DNA of 45,995 bases from a virus (lineage: Duplodnaviria > Caudoviricetes): the IMG/VR virus record IMGVR_UViG_3300048995_000005, positions 1 to 45,995 of that record; one strand, written 5' to 3'. This document shows positions 1 to 8,687 of this stretch, in pieces. The notes below the pieces were generated by a model. The model saw only the letters and a list, made by a program, of their open reading frames with translations, did no database searches and was not told the DNA's origin. Positions within the stretch are counted from its first letter, which is position 1. Each line of letters opens with the position of its first letter. A program made the position numbers and the translations under genes.

Positions 1-134
1 TCGGCATTTTCGTTGCCGTGGTGGACGAGGACATCGACACCACCACCGAAGAGGGCAAGGCCCGCATGCGGGACAAGGCCAACGAGGCCTTCAAGGAACT
101 CATCAAGATCCGCAAGCGCACTCAGGACGGCCTT
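1..134. repeat. Terminal direct repeat, left copy (circular overlap inside the integrase gene)
   Basis: 1-134 matches 45862-45995 except position 8 (T vs C). Confidence 0.95.
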
Positions 135-1679
135 CAGGAGAAGGCCGAAGAGGGCGGCTGGGTCGGAGGCCTCCCGGCATACGGCCTTCAGATCAAGGAC
201 CAGGGCAAGAAGGGTCAGTCCGCACTGGAGGTCTGCCCCTTCGAGGCGATCGTCCTGGAGAAGGCCGCGGAGCTCATCGTGGACAAGGGCAAGAGCGCCG
301 ACGAGACGGCCGCGGCGCTGAACGCCCTGGGATACCGCACCCGTTCGGGCGCCCAGTGGACGGGCGGGAACGTGAAGGCCAAGTTCGCCAACACCGCCAT
401 GCACGGCGTGGTGATCTTCCGGAACACAGACCCGGCCGTCAATGCCGCCCGCGGCAAGCGGGCTACGCGCCTGGGCCATGACGGCCTGGCCGCCCACGGC
501 CAGACCGTGGAGATCCCGTGCCCGCTTCCCCTGCCCATCGAGCGCGTCAGGGCCGTCAGGAGGGCGCTGGAGCGCCGCGCACGCCCCAAGTCGGTCACGG
601 GGCAGGTCTACGCCCTCTCCACGCGCCTGACGGGCGCCTGTGGCGCCCACTACGTGGGCCAGTACCTCAAGGAGGAGGGCAAGCGGGCCTATCGCTGCTC
701 CGGCAGCAAGGCCGGAGGCTGCGAGGACTCGATCATCCTCGCCGATGAAGTCGAGGATGCCGTCTGGGAGTCCTTGGCCGACTATCTGTCGGACGAGGGC
801 ACGCTCCAGGAGCTGGCCCAGCGGTGGATCGGGGACAGCCCGGACCACCAAGAGCAGTACAGGGCCCGGGTGAAGGCTCTGGATGCCGAGATCGAGGAAC
901 TGACCAACGACTCGGCCCAGAAGCTCCTGGCCTTCACCACGGGCAACCAGAGCATCCCGCAGGCGGTGGTGAACGCGGCCCTGGCCGGGCTCACCAAGCA
1001 GGTCGAGGACAAGCAGAAGGAGCGCGGCTTGGCCCAGCACATGCTGGAGGACGCCGAGCGGGCCGCCACCCGCGCGTCGGACATCGCTTCCCTGATCGAG
1101 CTGGCCCGCAAGAACTTGAAGCTGATCAAGGGCGAACGCCGGGCGGACATCATCGAGTTCATGGGGATCAAAGCGGCCGTCATGGGGACTGTCCCCGTAC
1201 GGCAGGGCGGCAGGGCCTGTTCCATCGAGGCGTGGTTCGCCGGCCGGGAGCACGGTGTCCAGGAACTGACAGACGATCTCTGGGCTCAGGTGGCTCAGCA
1301 CGTCCCGCCGTACCAGGTGCGCAAGAACAGCCTGGACCCGCGGGCTGTTGTTGAGGCGACGCTGTTCAAGCTCCGTACCGGCACGGGCTGGGAGTCCCTG
1401 CCGGAGCAGTTCCCCTCCGGCCTGTCCGTACGGGCCCGGGTCAAGAACTGGATCGCCTCCGGCGCCTGGGCGCAGATGATGGAGCCCCTGTTCTCGCCGG
1501 AGGCGGAACGCTTCGAGCGGCCCCTCCTTCCGCCGCTCAAGGTGACGGGCGAGCTGGACCCGAACCTGACCCTCCTGGTGGAGGGACAGAACATTCACGA
1601 TCTTGTTTCCGGCAAGCACTCGCGACCATGCGTGTTCAGCTACGTCATGATCCCTAAAAATCACAGCCTGGCCGCCTGA
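1..1679 (+). CDS. int: Large serine recombinase/integrase, C-terminal part (joins 45504-45995; 678 aa in total)
   Basis: In frame with the YLRVSTEEQ N-terminus across the overlap. Recombinase domain (GGLPAYG..., ALNALGYRTRSGAQW), Zn ribbon (CGAHY..YRC..GC), coiled coil, then an extra DUF4096-like domain. Confidence 0.93.
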   Translation, partial: GIFVAVVDEDIDTTTEEGKARMRDKANEAFKELIKIRKRTQDGLQEKAEEGGWVGGLPAYGLQIKDQGKKGQSALEVCPFEAIVLEKAAELIVDKGKSADETAAALNALGYRTRSGAQWTGGNVKAKFANTAMHGVVIFRNTDPAVNAARGKRATRLGHDGLAAHGQTVEIPCPLPLPIERVRAVRRALERRARPKSVTGQVYALSTRLTGACGAHYVGQYLKEEGKRAYRCSGSKAGGCEDSIILADEVEDAVWESLADYLSDEGTLQELAQRWIGDSPDHQEQYRARVKALDAEIEELTNDSAQKLLAFTTGNQSIPQAVVNAALAGLTKQVEDKQKERGLAQHMLEDAERAATRASDIASLIELARKNLKLIKGERRADIIEFMGIKAAVMGTVPVRQGGRACSIEAWFAGREHGVQELTDDLWAQVAQHVPPYQVRKNSLDPRAVVEATLFKLRTGTGWESLPEQFPSGLSVRARVKNWIASGAWAQMMEPLFSPEAERFERPLLPPLKVTGELDPNLTLLVEGQNIHDLVSGKHSRPCVFSYVMIPKNHSLAA

Positions 1680-1694
1680 CCAGCAACAACACAC

Positions 1695-1722
1695 GAGCCC
1701 TCGGGAAACCGGGGGCTCTTCT
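1695..1722 (+). terminator. Stem-loop terminator after int
   Basis: GAGCCCTCGG-GAAA-CCGGGGGCTC followed by TTCT. Confidence 0.65.
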
Positions 1723-1738
1723 CATACCCGGAGGGCGT

Positions 1739-1933
1739 ATGGGCAAGAAGCAGGATCACCGCGAGGGCCTGGACAACAAGGACCCCGAGACCAAAGGGCA
1801 CGTCCGCCCCGAGTCGGACGCGGAACGCATCCTCGGACAGATCGAGCGGGGTGAGGTCACCGCGGGCCCCGAGGGGGCCCGGAAGATCGCAGCCCGGCAC
1901 GAGGAGGCGTACGGCGATGTCTGGAAGAAGTGA
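1739..1933 (+). CDS. Hypothetical protein
   Basis: GGAGG RBS; GC-rich third positions. Confidence 0.7.
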   Translation: MGKKQDHREGLDNKDPETKGHVRPESDAERILGQIERGEVTAGPEGARKIAARHEEAYGDVWKK

Positions 1934-2192
1934 CCCGGCCTGGCAAGCCGAGCTGTGGGACTGGGTGACGTGCTACGTCGGAGGCTCCGACACCGTCCAG
2001 GACGGCGCCATGGCGTCCCTTCAGCCCCACATCGACGCCGCGTACGAACGCGGCCTGGTCGCTGGCCGGAGCCAGGGCCGGTACACCACCGGCCGCAAGA
2101 AGTGGAGGAAGGAGAAGCCATGCGCAACGGCTGGTGCTGGTGCGGCAAGCCCTACCCCTGTCTCGACCACTGAGGCCGGGGATGAACCGTGA
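1917..2192 (+). CDS. Hypothetical protein
   Basis: GAGGAGG upstream of ATG 1917; overlaps its neighbours. Confidence 0.55.
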   Translation: MSGRSDPAWQAELWDWVTCYVGGSDTVQDGAMASLQPHIDAAYERGLVAGRSQGRYTTGRKKWRKEKPCATAGAGAASPTPVSTTEAGDEP

Positions 2193-2281
2193 CCCGCACT
2201 CAGAAGCTGATCATCCTGGCCGCCCTCGTGGCGGCCTTTCTTCTGGCCGGAGTGCCGCACTGGGAGGTGCTGAGTCCGTGA
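2189..2281 (+). CDS. Small membrane peptide (MTRTQKLIILAALVAAFLLAG...)
   Basis: GTGA overlaps on both sides; hydrophobic helix. Confidence 0.5.
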   Translation: MTRTQKLIILAALVAAFLLAGVPHWEVLSP

Positions 2282-2418
2282 TCAAGCGTTGCTGGAAGGC
2301 CCTGAGGCCTCACCTGGCCCCTCTGGGCTGGAGCCTCGGGAGCGGGCTGGTCGGAGCCGGCATCGGGCTCCTGGTCGCGATGCTGTGGATCTGGAGCCAA
2401 GGTGCTGTACGACCCTGA
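2278..2418 (+). CDS. Small membrane protein
   Basis: GTGA coupling; TM segment GLVGAGIGLLVAMLWIW. Confidence 0.5.
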   Translation: MIKRCWKALRPHLAPLGWSLGSGLVGAGIGLLVAMLWIWSQGAVRP

Positions 2419-3145
2419 ACGGCGGTGGGCCCCCCGCGGCATCTGCCGCTGGGAGGACCGGGAGCTGTTCTTCGCTGACGGGGCGGTCGCGGGGCGCACA
2501 TCGCAGCGGGTTCAGAAGGCCTGGGACCAGGCCAAGGAGATCTGCTCCATGTGCCCCGTCCTGGCGGAGTGCCGGCGGGACACCCTTGGTGAGGACTTCG
2601 GCGTCTGGGGCGGTCTGGACCAGAACGAGCGCGCCGCCATACGGCGTGCCCTGCCGAAGGCGGCCAAGGGATGGCCGGTGGGCCGTCGCCTCGCCTGGGG
2701 CAAGGCCGTCCAGACCCTGCGGGACGGAAGCCTGCTCTGGCGGGACATCACGCTCATGACGGGCCTGCCCCACGGCCTGGCCGAAGAGCTGGCCACGCAG
2801 TGGCGCGTGCATCTCATCGAGACGGAGAACCAGCCCAAGGTCATCGACCTGCCCTTGCCGGGGGACCGCCCCCGCGGTCCCGAGTTCCCGACCAGGGCGG
2901 GCAGGCGTCACGCCTGGGTCCGCCACGGCGGGCGCATGTCGGACGCCATGTACCGCGGCGAGACGCCCACGGGGGCGTGGGTCTTCGTGACCGTCTACTC
3001 CGGTCACGGCCACGTCAACAAATGGGTCCCGCGCAGAGACGTGCAGGTCTACCACCCCCAGCCCGTGATCATCATGTCCAAGCGCAAGGAGGAGGCGGAT
3101 GAGCCCGAACCAGCTCCCGAGCCACACGTCACACAGTGCGCGTGA
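2402..3145 (+). CDS. whiB: WhiB-family Fe-S transcription factor with a long C-terminal extension
   Basis: C..EDRELFF...AKEICSMCPVLAEC...FGVWGG motif. Confidence 0.9.
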   Translation: MLYDPERRWAPRGICRWEDRELFFADGAVAGRTSQRVQKAWDQAKEICSMCPVLAECRRDTLGEDFGVWGGLDQNERAAIRRALPKAAKGWPVGRRLAWGKAVQTLRDGSLLWRDITLMTGLPHGLAEELATQWRVHLIETENQPKVIDLPLPGDRPRGPEFPTRAGRRHAWVRHGGRMSDAMYRGETPTGAWVFVTVYSGHGHVNKWVPRRDVQVYHPQPVIIMSKRKEEADEPEPAPEPHVTQCA

Positions 3146-3962
3146 GCAGCTGGAGCGGTGCGCCAGGGCGTACTTCCTCACCCGCATCGCCAAGGCCCCT
3201 CAGAGGCCCGCCCTGTGGCTTGCCGGGGGCTCTGCGGTCCACGAGGTCACCGAGGCGTACGACCTCTGGACCCTGCCCCCGACTACGGGGCAGGAGTTCC
3301 CGGTTCAGGACTACTGGGACCGCACCTTCGAGAAGCAGCTCCAGGAACTGCGCGCCAAGGAGCCCAACGAGAACATCTGGCGCCGCTCGCAGAGCGAGCC
3401 CATCGAGGTCTGGCGCTCCATGGGGCTGGAGTTCGTCAAGGCGTACATCGACTGGCGCGAGCGCTCCCCGTGGGAGATCTGGACCACGCCCGACGGGCAG
3501 CCCGCCATCGAGCTGGACGTGTCGGGGATGCTCCCCGGCTGCCCGGTGGAGATCAAGGCGTACCTGGACCGGGTCTTCTGGGACCCGGTCTTCGAGAAGC
3601 ACCACATCGTGGACCTGAAGACGGGCAAGAGTCCGCCCAAGAACGCCGACCAGTTCGGTACCTACAAGGCCTTGGCCAAGGTCATGTACGGCATCGACGT
3701 GGACAGCGGCGTGCCCTTCATGAACCGCAAGGGCGGCCTGGGCAAGCCCTTCGACCTGACCGAGTACACGCCCGAGTACGTCGGCCTCGTCTTCGGTGAG
3801 GCCTGGGAGCAGGTGGAGAGCGGGGAGTTCCCCGCGAACGGCTTCGACAAGGCTTGTTTCATCTGCGACGTGGAGGCCGCCTGCGCGGCGGCCGGCGGGC
3901 CCCTGGCCCATCTCTACGACCCGGCGCATCCGGGTCACATCTCGAATCAACCCCAATTCTGA
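3099..3962 (+). CDS. PD-(D/E)XK Cas4/RecB-like exonuclease
   Basis: SHS..EQLERC, GSAVH, YLDRV..IVDLKTG, Q..Y and C-terminal CFICDV..AC. Confidence 0.88.
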   Translation: MSPNQLPSHTSHSAREQLERCARAYFLTRIAKAPQRPALWLAGGSAVHEVTEAYDLWTLPPTTGQEFPVQDYWDRTFEKQLQELRAKEPNENIWRRSQSEPIEVWRSMGLEFVKAYIDWRERSPWEIWTTPDGQPAIELDVSGMLPGCPVEIKAYLDRVFWDPVFEKHHIVDLKTGKSPPKNADQFGTYKALAKVMYGIDVDSGVPFMNRKGGLGKPFDLTEYTPEYVGLVFGEAWEQVESGEFPANGFDKACFICDVEAACAAAGGPLAHLYDPAHPGHISNQPQF

Positions 3963-3969
3963 GGACTCG

Positions 3970-4320
3970 ATGAAGCGAACCCTGGCCGCTGCGGCGGCCG
4001 TTGTCGTGCTGGCCTTCAGCGCCACGGCATGCAGTCAGGCGCACGAGGACAAGCGCGGCCGGGGCGATGCCCCGGTGGCCGGTCGCAAGGGCGACGACAG
4101 CGCCGCCTTCTGTACGAACATGCCGGACGAGTTCGGCAACATCTGCGGTAAGTGCATCGCGCACTTCCCGCCGTGGGCCGTGGTGGTCACCACGCACTAC
4201 TACACGTCGTCCAACATCGGCATCTTCCAGGCGCCCGAGCAGTGCGGCGGGAAGGTCGTGCCGGGTCCGCTCTCTTCGGTGAGCAAGGACTCCGCCAAGG
4301 TGCCGGACGACAACAGCTGA
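3970..4320 (+). CDS. Lipoprotein
   Basis: MKRTLAAAAAVVVLAFSATA-C signal and lipobox. Confidence 0.75.
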   Translation: MKRTLAAAAAVVVLAFSATACSQAHEDKRGRGDAPVAGRKGDDSAAFCTNMPDEFGNICGKCIAHFPPWAVVVTTHYYTSSNIGIFQAPEQCGGKVVPGPLSSVSKDSAKVPDDNS

Positions 4321-4538
4321 TGGAGTACTTCCTCCAGTCCACCTTCGCCGTGATCTACATCCTGATCGGCATGGTCCTGGGCGATGCCGTCCGCATGGTT
4401 CAGGGGCGGATGCAGCGCACCGCCCCTGGCACCCCGCCCGCGGACCCGCCGCCCCCGGCGGACGACCCGCAGCGTGACCCGAACTGGTGTCACGCGCACA
4501 ACCAGATGCAGCCGTGCGACGGCTGCCGGAGGTCCTGA
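4320..4538 (+). CDS. Small membrane protein
   Basis: TGATG overlap; N-terminal TM helix. Confidence 0.6.
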   Translation: MEYFLQSTFAVIYILIGMVLGDAVRMVQGRMQRTAPGTPPADPPPPADDPQRDPNWCHAHNQMQPCDGCRRS

Positions 4539-4719
4539 TGGACGAAGACCTCGCGGCCGTGGTCCGCGAGCAGCTCGAAGAGCTGGGTGTGGATGAGGAC
4601 TCGATCGACGAGGCCTTGGCCGCCATGGAAGACGCCGTTGAGCCTCCCCAACTGTGACTGCGGCGCCTGCTGCGAGCAGTGCGGGCACTACCGCGGCTGT
4701 ATCCGTTTCGAGGGGGCCG

Positions 4720-5367
4720 ATGAGGCCGAGAGTCCTTGACCTCTTCTGCTGCCAGGGGGCAGCATCGCGCGGCTACGAACAGGCCGGGATGGCCGTGGTG
4801 CGGGGTGTGGACATCAGTCCGCAGCCCCGCTATCCGTATCCGTTCACCCAGGCCGACGCAATCTCGTACGTGCTGGACATGGTTTTGGAGGTGGACTTCG
4901 TCCACGCATCCCCGCCCTGCCAGTTCGACTCGGACTGTCAGCGGATCCAGGGCAATGAGCACCCCGACCTGATCGGGCCGACGCGGGAGGCCCTGGATCT
5001 GACGGGCCTGCCGTACGTCATCGAGAACGTGAGCGGGGCAGTCCCCAAGCTCCGAGATCCCGTAATGCTCTGCGGGGCCATGTTCGGCCTCAGAACCTAC
5101 CGCCACCGGTACTTCGAAACCGGTGGCGGTTTCTCGTTCCGGGCTCCGGAGCATCCGGAACACACGGCCCGCCAGGCCAAGATGGGCCGCGCTCCGCGGC
5201 CCGGGGAGTTCATACAGGCCGTCGGCAACTTCTCCGGCGTCAGCCGGGTCCGCGAGGACTGGGGAGTCCCGTGGATGAACCGCGACGGCATCCGCGAAGC
5301 GATACCTCCCGCCTATACCGAGTACATCGGCAGGCAGTTCATCTCTCATCTGAAAGAGGCGTCATGA
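4720..5367 (+). CDS. DNA (cytosine-5) methyltransferase, compact phage type
   Basis: VLDLFCCQG (I), SPPCQ (IV), VIENV (VI), RHRYF (VIII), AIPPAYTEYIG (X). Confidence 0.88.
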   Translation: MRPRVLDLFCCQGAASRGYEQAGMAVVRGVDISPQPRYPYPFTQADAISYVLDMVLEVDFVHASPPCQFDSDCQRIQGNEHPDLIGPTREALDLTGLPYVIENVSGAVPKLRDPVMLCGAMFGLRTYRHRYFETGGGFSFRAPEHPEHTARQAKMGRAPRPGEFIQAVGNFSGVSRVREDWGVPWMNRDGIREAIPPAYTEYIGRQFISHLKEAS

Positions 5368-6008
5368 CCGACACCATCCCTGAGACCGTGGGCCCCGACA
5401 CCGAGGCCGAGGGCTGGGGCGACACCGGCGCGACCTACCCGGAGTACGGACCGCTGCCCGAGGCTCGCATCAGCCTCAACTTCACGCCGGGCAAGGCCCC
5501 ACAGCTCACCGTCCGGGCGCACACCGCGGCCGAACTGACCGCGGCCCTCCAGGAGCTGGAGGAGGGCAACGTGTACAACGTCATCGGTGTGGCCCACAGC
5601 TCGATGGGGGCCCAGGTGACCATCGGTGCGGGTCTCGGTCAGGCGACCCAGGTCCCGGCCCCTCAGGGCGCTCCTGTGGCCATGCCGCTGCCGCAGTCTC
5701 CCCAGGCTCAGTACCCGGTGGGTCCGCCGGTGCCCCCACAGGGCCCGGCTCCGGCCCAGTGGCAGAACGCGGGCGCTCCTGCGGCCGTGCAGAACAACGC
5801 GCCCGAGTTCCAGCAGAACGGCTGGTACCGCCTGAACGTGCCCTACCCCAAGAAGGGCCAGTTTGACGGCATCGTGGCGCAGTACGGCATGCGCAAGGGC
5901 CGCCCGACAGAAGGCGGCCTGGTCTCCTTCAACAAGGCGGACAAGTCCTGGTACGTGGCCCCGTCCCACGCTGGAGCCTTCGGCGACTTCTCGCCGATGC
6001 CGGCCTAG
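5364..6008 (+). CDS. Hypothetical replication-region protein with a Pro/Gln linker
   Basis: ATGA overlap; strong coding bias. Confidence 0.75.
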   Translation: MTDTIPETVGPDTEAEGWGDTGATYPEYGPLPEARISLNFTPGKAPQLTVRAHTAAELTAALQELEEGNVYNVIGVAHSSMGAQVTIGAGLGQATQVPAPQGAPVAMPLPQSPQAQYPVGPPVPPQGPAPAQWQNAGAPAAVQNNAPEFQQNGWYRLNVPYPKKGQFDGIVAQYGMRKGRPTEGGLVSFNKADKSWYVAPSHAGAFGDFSPMPA

Positions 6009-6068
6009 GCCATGACTTCCCCTGAGACCTCTCCCCGCGCCACACTGGCCGCGGGGAGAGGGGGTGTC

Positions 6069-6215
6069 ATGCCGAACTACAGGCTGAGCGAGTACGACCG
6101 CAAGCGCCAGGAGGAGCTGAACAGCGCGAACGTGCCGCTGTTCTGGATCGTCTTCGCGTTGCTGGTCTTCACCGGGCCGTTCCTGCTCATCCGGTTCCTG
6201 GACTGGGTGGGGTAG
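6069..6215 (+). CDS. Small membrane protein
   Basis: RBS GGAGAGGGGG; TM segment LFWIVFALLVFTG. Confidence 0.6.
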   Translation: MPNYRLSEYDRKRQEELNSANVPLFWIVFALLVFTGPFLLIRFLDWVG

Positions 6216-7046
6216 GTGCTCACCCTCTCTCGCTCTGTGAAGCGGGGGGCAGTCGGCAAAGAGCCGCTGCCCCCCGCTTTCGTTTCCTGGGAGTCGAGGG
6301 CGATCCGCTTCCGGCGGGCTTCGGTCAGCATGCTGTTCGGGCAGTCCGGGTCTCACAAGACCCGGATCGTGCTGAACGCCGTGCTGAACATGAAGGTGCC
6401 GACGCTCGCCTTCTCCACGGACTCCGACCAGGACACCGTGGCCAGTCGTCTGCTGGCCATCACCACGCGCACGCCGACCGAGACCACGGAACAGTGGCTG
6501 CGGACCGAGTCGGCCAAGTGCGCTGAACTGCTCGGGCAGTTCGACTTCCTGAAGTGGGACTTCAGGCCTGACCCGACCATGGATGACGTCTGGCTCGGGG
6601 CGTACGCCTGGCATGAGGTGGAGGGCCGGTGGCCCGACCAGATCATCGTGGACATCGCTTCGGACGTCGGTCACGACACTGGTGGGGACGAGTGGGCGAA
6701 CCTGCGGGATCTGCTGCGGCAGTCCAAGGTGCTCGCCCGGGAGACCGGGGCTCACGTCCTGCTCGTACACCACGCCTCTGACAGTGAGCGCACGAAGAGG
6801 CCCTGTCCGCGCAAGGGCGACATGCAGGGCAAGGTCTCGGCCTTGCCCGAGGTCATCGTCACATGCGGCATGACGGGCTCCGGTGATCTGCACGTGGCGT
6901 GCGTGAAGAACAGGCACGCGAAGGCGGACGCCGACGCGAACAACCACTTCCCCATGACGCTGGACGCCGCGACGTCCTTCATCGGGGACTACGTGCCGCA
7001 GGCCCCCGCGTACGGGGGCTGGGGCGGAGGAGAGGACTGGAACTGA
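6216..7046 (+). CDS. DnaB-like replicative helicase (ATPase domain only)
   Basis: Walker A GQSGSHKT, Walker B IIVD, HVLLVHH, VKNRH. Confidence 0.85.
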   Translation: MLTLSRSVKRGAVGKEPLPPAFVSWESRAIRFRRASVSMLFGQSGSHKTRIVLNAVLNMKVPTLAFSTDSDQDTVASRLLAITTRTPTETTEQWLRTESAKCAELLGQFDFLKWDFRPDPTMDDVWLGAYAWHEVEGRWPDQIIVDIASDVGHDTGGDEWANLRDLLRQSKVLARETGAHVLLVHHASDSERTKRPCPRKGDMQGKVSALPEVIVTCGMTGSGDLHVACVKNRHAKADADANNHFPMTLDAATSFIGDYVPQAPAYGGWGGGEDWN

Positions 7047-7377
7047 TGAAGCGCTGTTGGCCCCTCCATAAGTGGGGCCGCTGGACGGTCATGAACACGA
7101 CCGGCACCGACACCAGGACTGGCGTGAAGTGCATCGTCGGAGTGCAGTACCGCGAATGCGGTCGCTGCGGCAAGCGGCAGCAGGAGGAGCTACGACCTGC
7201 CGCATCTTCCACCGCTGGAGCTCCTGGGAGGTCGAGTTCGATGAGTGCCCGGACGGAGAGATGGGCACCTTCGAGTTCCGCCAGCGCCGCTGTCTGCGCG
7301 AGCGCTGCGACATGGTCGAGGAGGTATGCCAATGCGCGTCCTCGTCACCGGAAGTCGTGCGTGGCCTGACCCCGTGA
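7046..7377 (+). CDS. Two related small Cys/His proteins whose junction looks mutated (see findings)
   Basis: C..LHKW..W...QYRECGRC in one frame, then C.IFHRW..W...QRRCLRERC in another. Confidence 0.5.
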
Positions 7378-7697
7378 GGGTCGCCCACGAGCTGAACACG
7401 CTGTACCTCCAGCACGGGCCCTTCACGCTCATCCATGGCGCCTGCGCCACGGGCGCGGACGCTGCGGCCCATCACTGGTGCGAGACGGCCGGCTTCGACC
7501 TCGGTGTGATCGAGATCAAGTACCACGCCCACTGGGAGGAGTTCGGCAAGAGAGCCGGACCGATACGCAACGAGAAGATGGTGAAGGCCGGGGCCGATCT
7601 GGTCCTGGCCTTTCCTTTGCCCGGAGGCAAGGGCACTCAGCACACGATCGAGCTTGCCCGCGCTGCGGGCATCGAAGTACGGGAGATCACCCCATGA
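7332..7697 (+). CDS. DUF2493/YspA-like SLOG-family protein
   Basis: MRVLVTGSRAW, IHGACATGAD, AGPIRNEKM, GTQHTI. Confidence 0.85.
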   Translation: MRVLVTGSRAWPDPVRVAHELNTLYLQHGPFTLIHGACATGADAAAHHWCETAGFDLGVIEIKYHAHWEEFGKRAGPIRNEKMVKAGADLVLAFPLPGGKGTQHTIELARAAGIEVREITP

Positions 7698-7966
7698 GCC
7701 TGACGTTCGAAGAGCCCCCGGCCACGAGCCGTACCCCGGGCAAGCGGGGCAAGCACACGGAGGCGGCCCAGGAGCTGCGCTCGCGGCCCGGAGAGTGGGC
7801 CATCGTCAGCGTGTACGGCACGGGCGGGTCGTCTTCGGCCATGGCCCGGCACATAGCGAGCGGCTACGTGGCCGCGTACCAGCCGCCTGGGGCCTTCGAG
7901 GCCACGTCCCGCACCGTAGATGGTGAGGCGCGCGTGTACGCCCGCTACGTGGGCGGGAGCGAGTGA
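7694..7966 (+). CDS. Hypothetical protein
   Basis: ATGA/GTGA overlaps; coding bias. Confidence 0.7.
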   Translation: MSLTFEEPPATSRTPGKRGKHTEAAQELRSRPGEWAIVSVYGTGGSSSAMARHIASGYVAAYQPPGAFEATSRTVDGEARVYARYVGGSE

Positions 7967-8370
7967 CCACGAAGAGCAAGGCCAAGGGCACCACCGCAGA
8001 GCGGGAGGTGGTCCGCTACCTCCAGAACTGGTGGCCCGCAGCCGAGCGGCGGGCCCTGTCCGGCAACAAGGACAAGGGCGACGTCGCCGGTATCCCCGGC
8101 GTGGTCGTGGAGGTCAAGGCGGCTGTGACGCCGCAGCTCGCCGCATGGAAGCGGGAGACGCTCGTGGAGCGGGAGAACGCGGGCGCCAAGTACTGCGCCC
8201 TGGTTGTGAAGCGGCCGTACAAGGCCGTCTTCGAGTGGGACGCGTACCTTCCCTGGGACGTGATCGGTCCGGGAGGAGCTGAGGGATGGGTTCGTATGGA
8301 TCTTCAACTGGCCGTGTCGTTCCTGCTCTTCCCATCGCTCCTGTCCTCGCCCACTACAACGTCGACCTGA
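7963..8370 (+). CDS. Holliday junction resolvase (PD-(D/E)XK)
   Basis: SKAKGTTAEREV..GD..VVVEVK. Confidence 0.8.
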   Translation: MTTKSKAKGTTAEREVVRYLQNWWPAAERRALSGNKDKGDVAGIPGVVVEVKAAVTPQLAAWKRETLVERENAGAKYCALVVKRPYKAVFEWDAYLPWDVIGPGGAEGWVRMDLQLAVSFLLFPSLLSSPTTTST

Positions 8371-8687
8371 AAGAGGGCCGCTGGGGTAATGAGCTGGTGC
8401 TCTGCCCCGTCCACGGCGAGAGCCGTGCATCCCTGTCCGTCTCGGTCGAGAAGGGCGTCTTCCATTGCTTCGCCTGCGGCGCATCCGGCACCGCGGTGAA
8501 GCTCGTACAGCTGATGGAGGGCTGCGATCGTGCAGACGCTCTCCGCCGAGCAACGGAGATACTTCGAGCAGGCGGTCACGACGTACCAGAGCGATCTGGC
8601 GGGCGATACCAGCGCCCAGGCGTATCTGAGGACGAGGGGTCTCGGCCCCGACGCAGCCGCTATGTACCGCCTGGGCGTCGTTCGTAG
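8286..8687 (+). CDS. DNA primase CHC2 zinc-finger subunit
   Basis: CPVHGESRASLSV...FHCFACG. Confidence 0.85.
   Translation: MGSYGSSTGRVVPALPIAPVLAHYNVDLKEGRWGNELVLCPVHGESRASLSVSVEKGVFHCFACGASGTAVKLVQLMEGCDRADALRRATEILRAGGHDVPERSGGRYQRPGVSEDEGSRPRRSRYVPPGRRS

Noticed and set aside
1263-1490. Inserted IS5 element
   Set aside because: No DDE domain, terminal inverted repeats or target duplication; the segment is in frame within int
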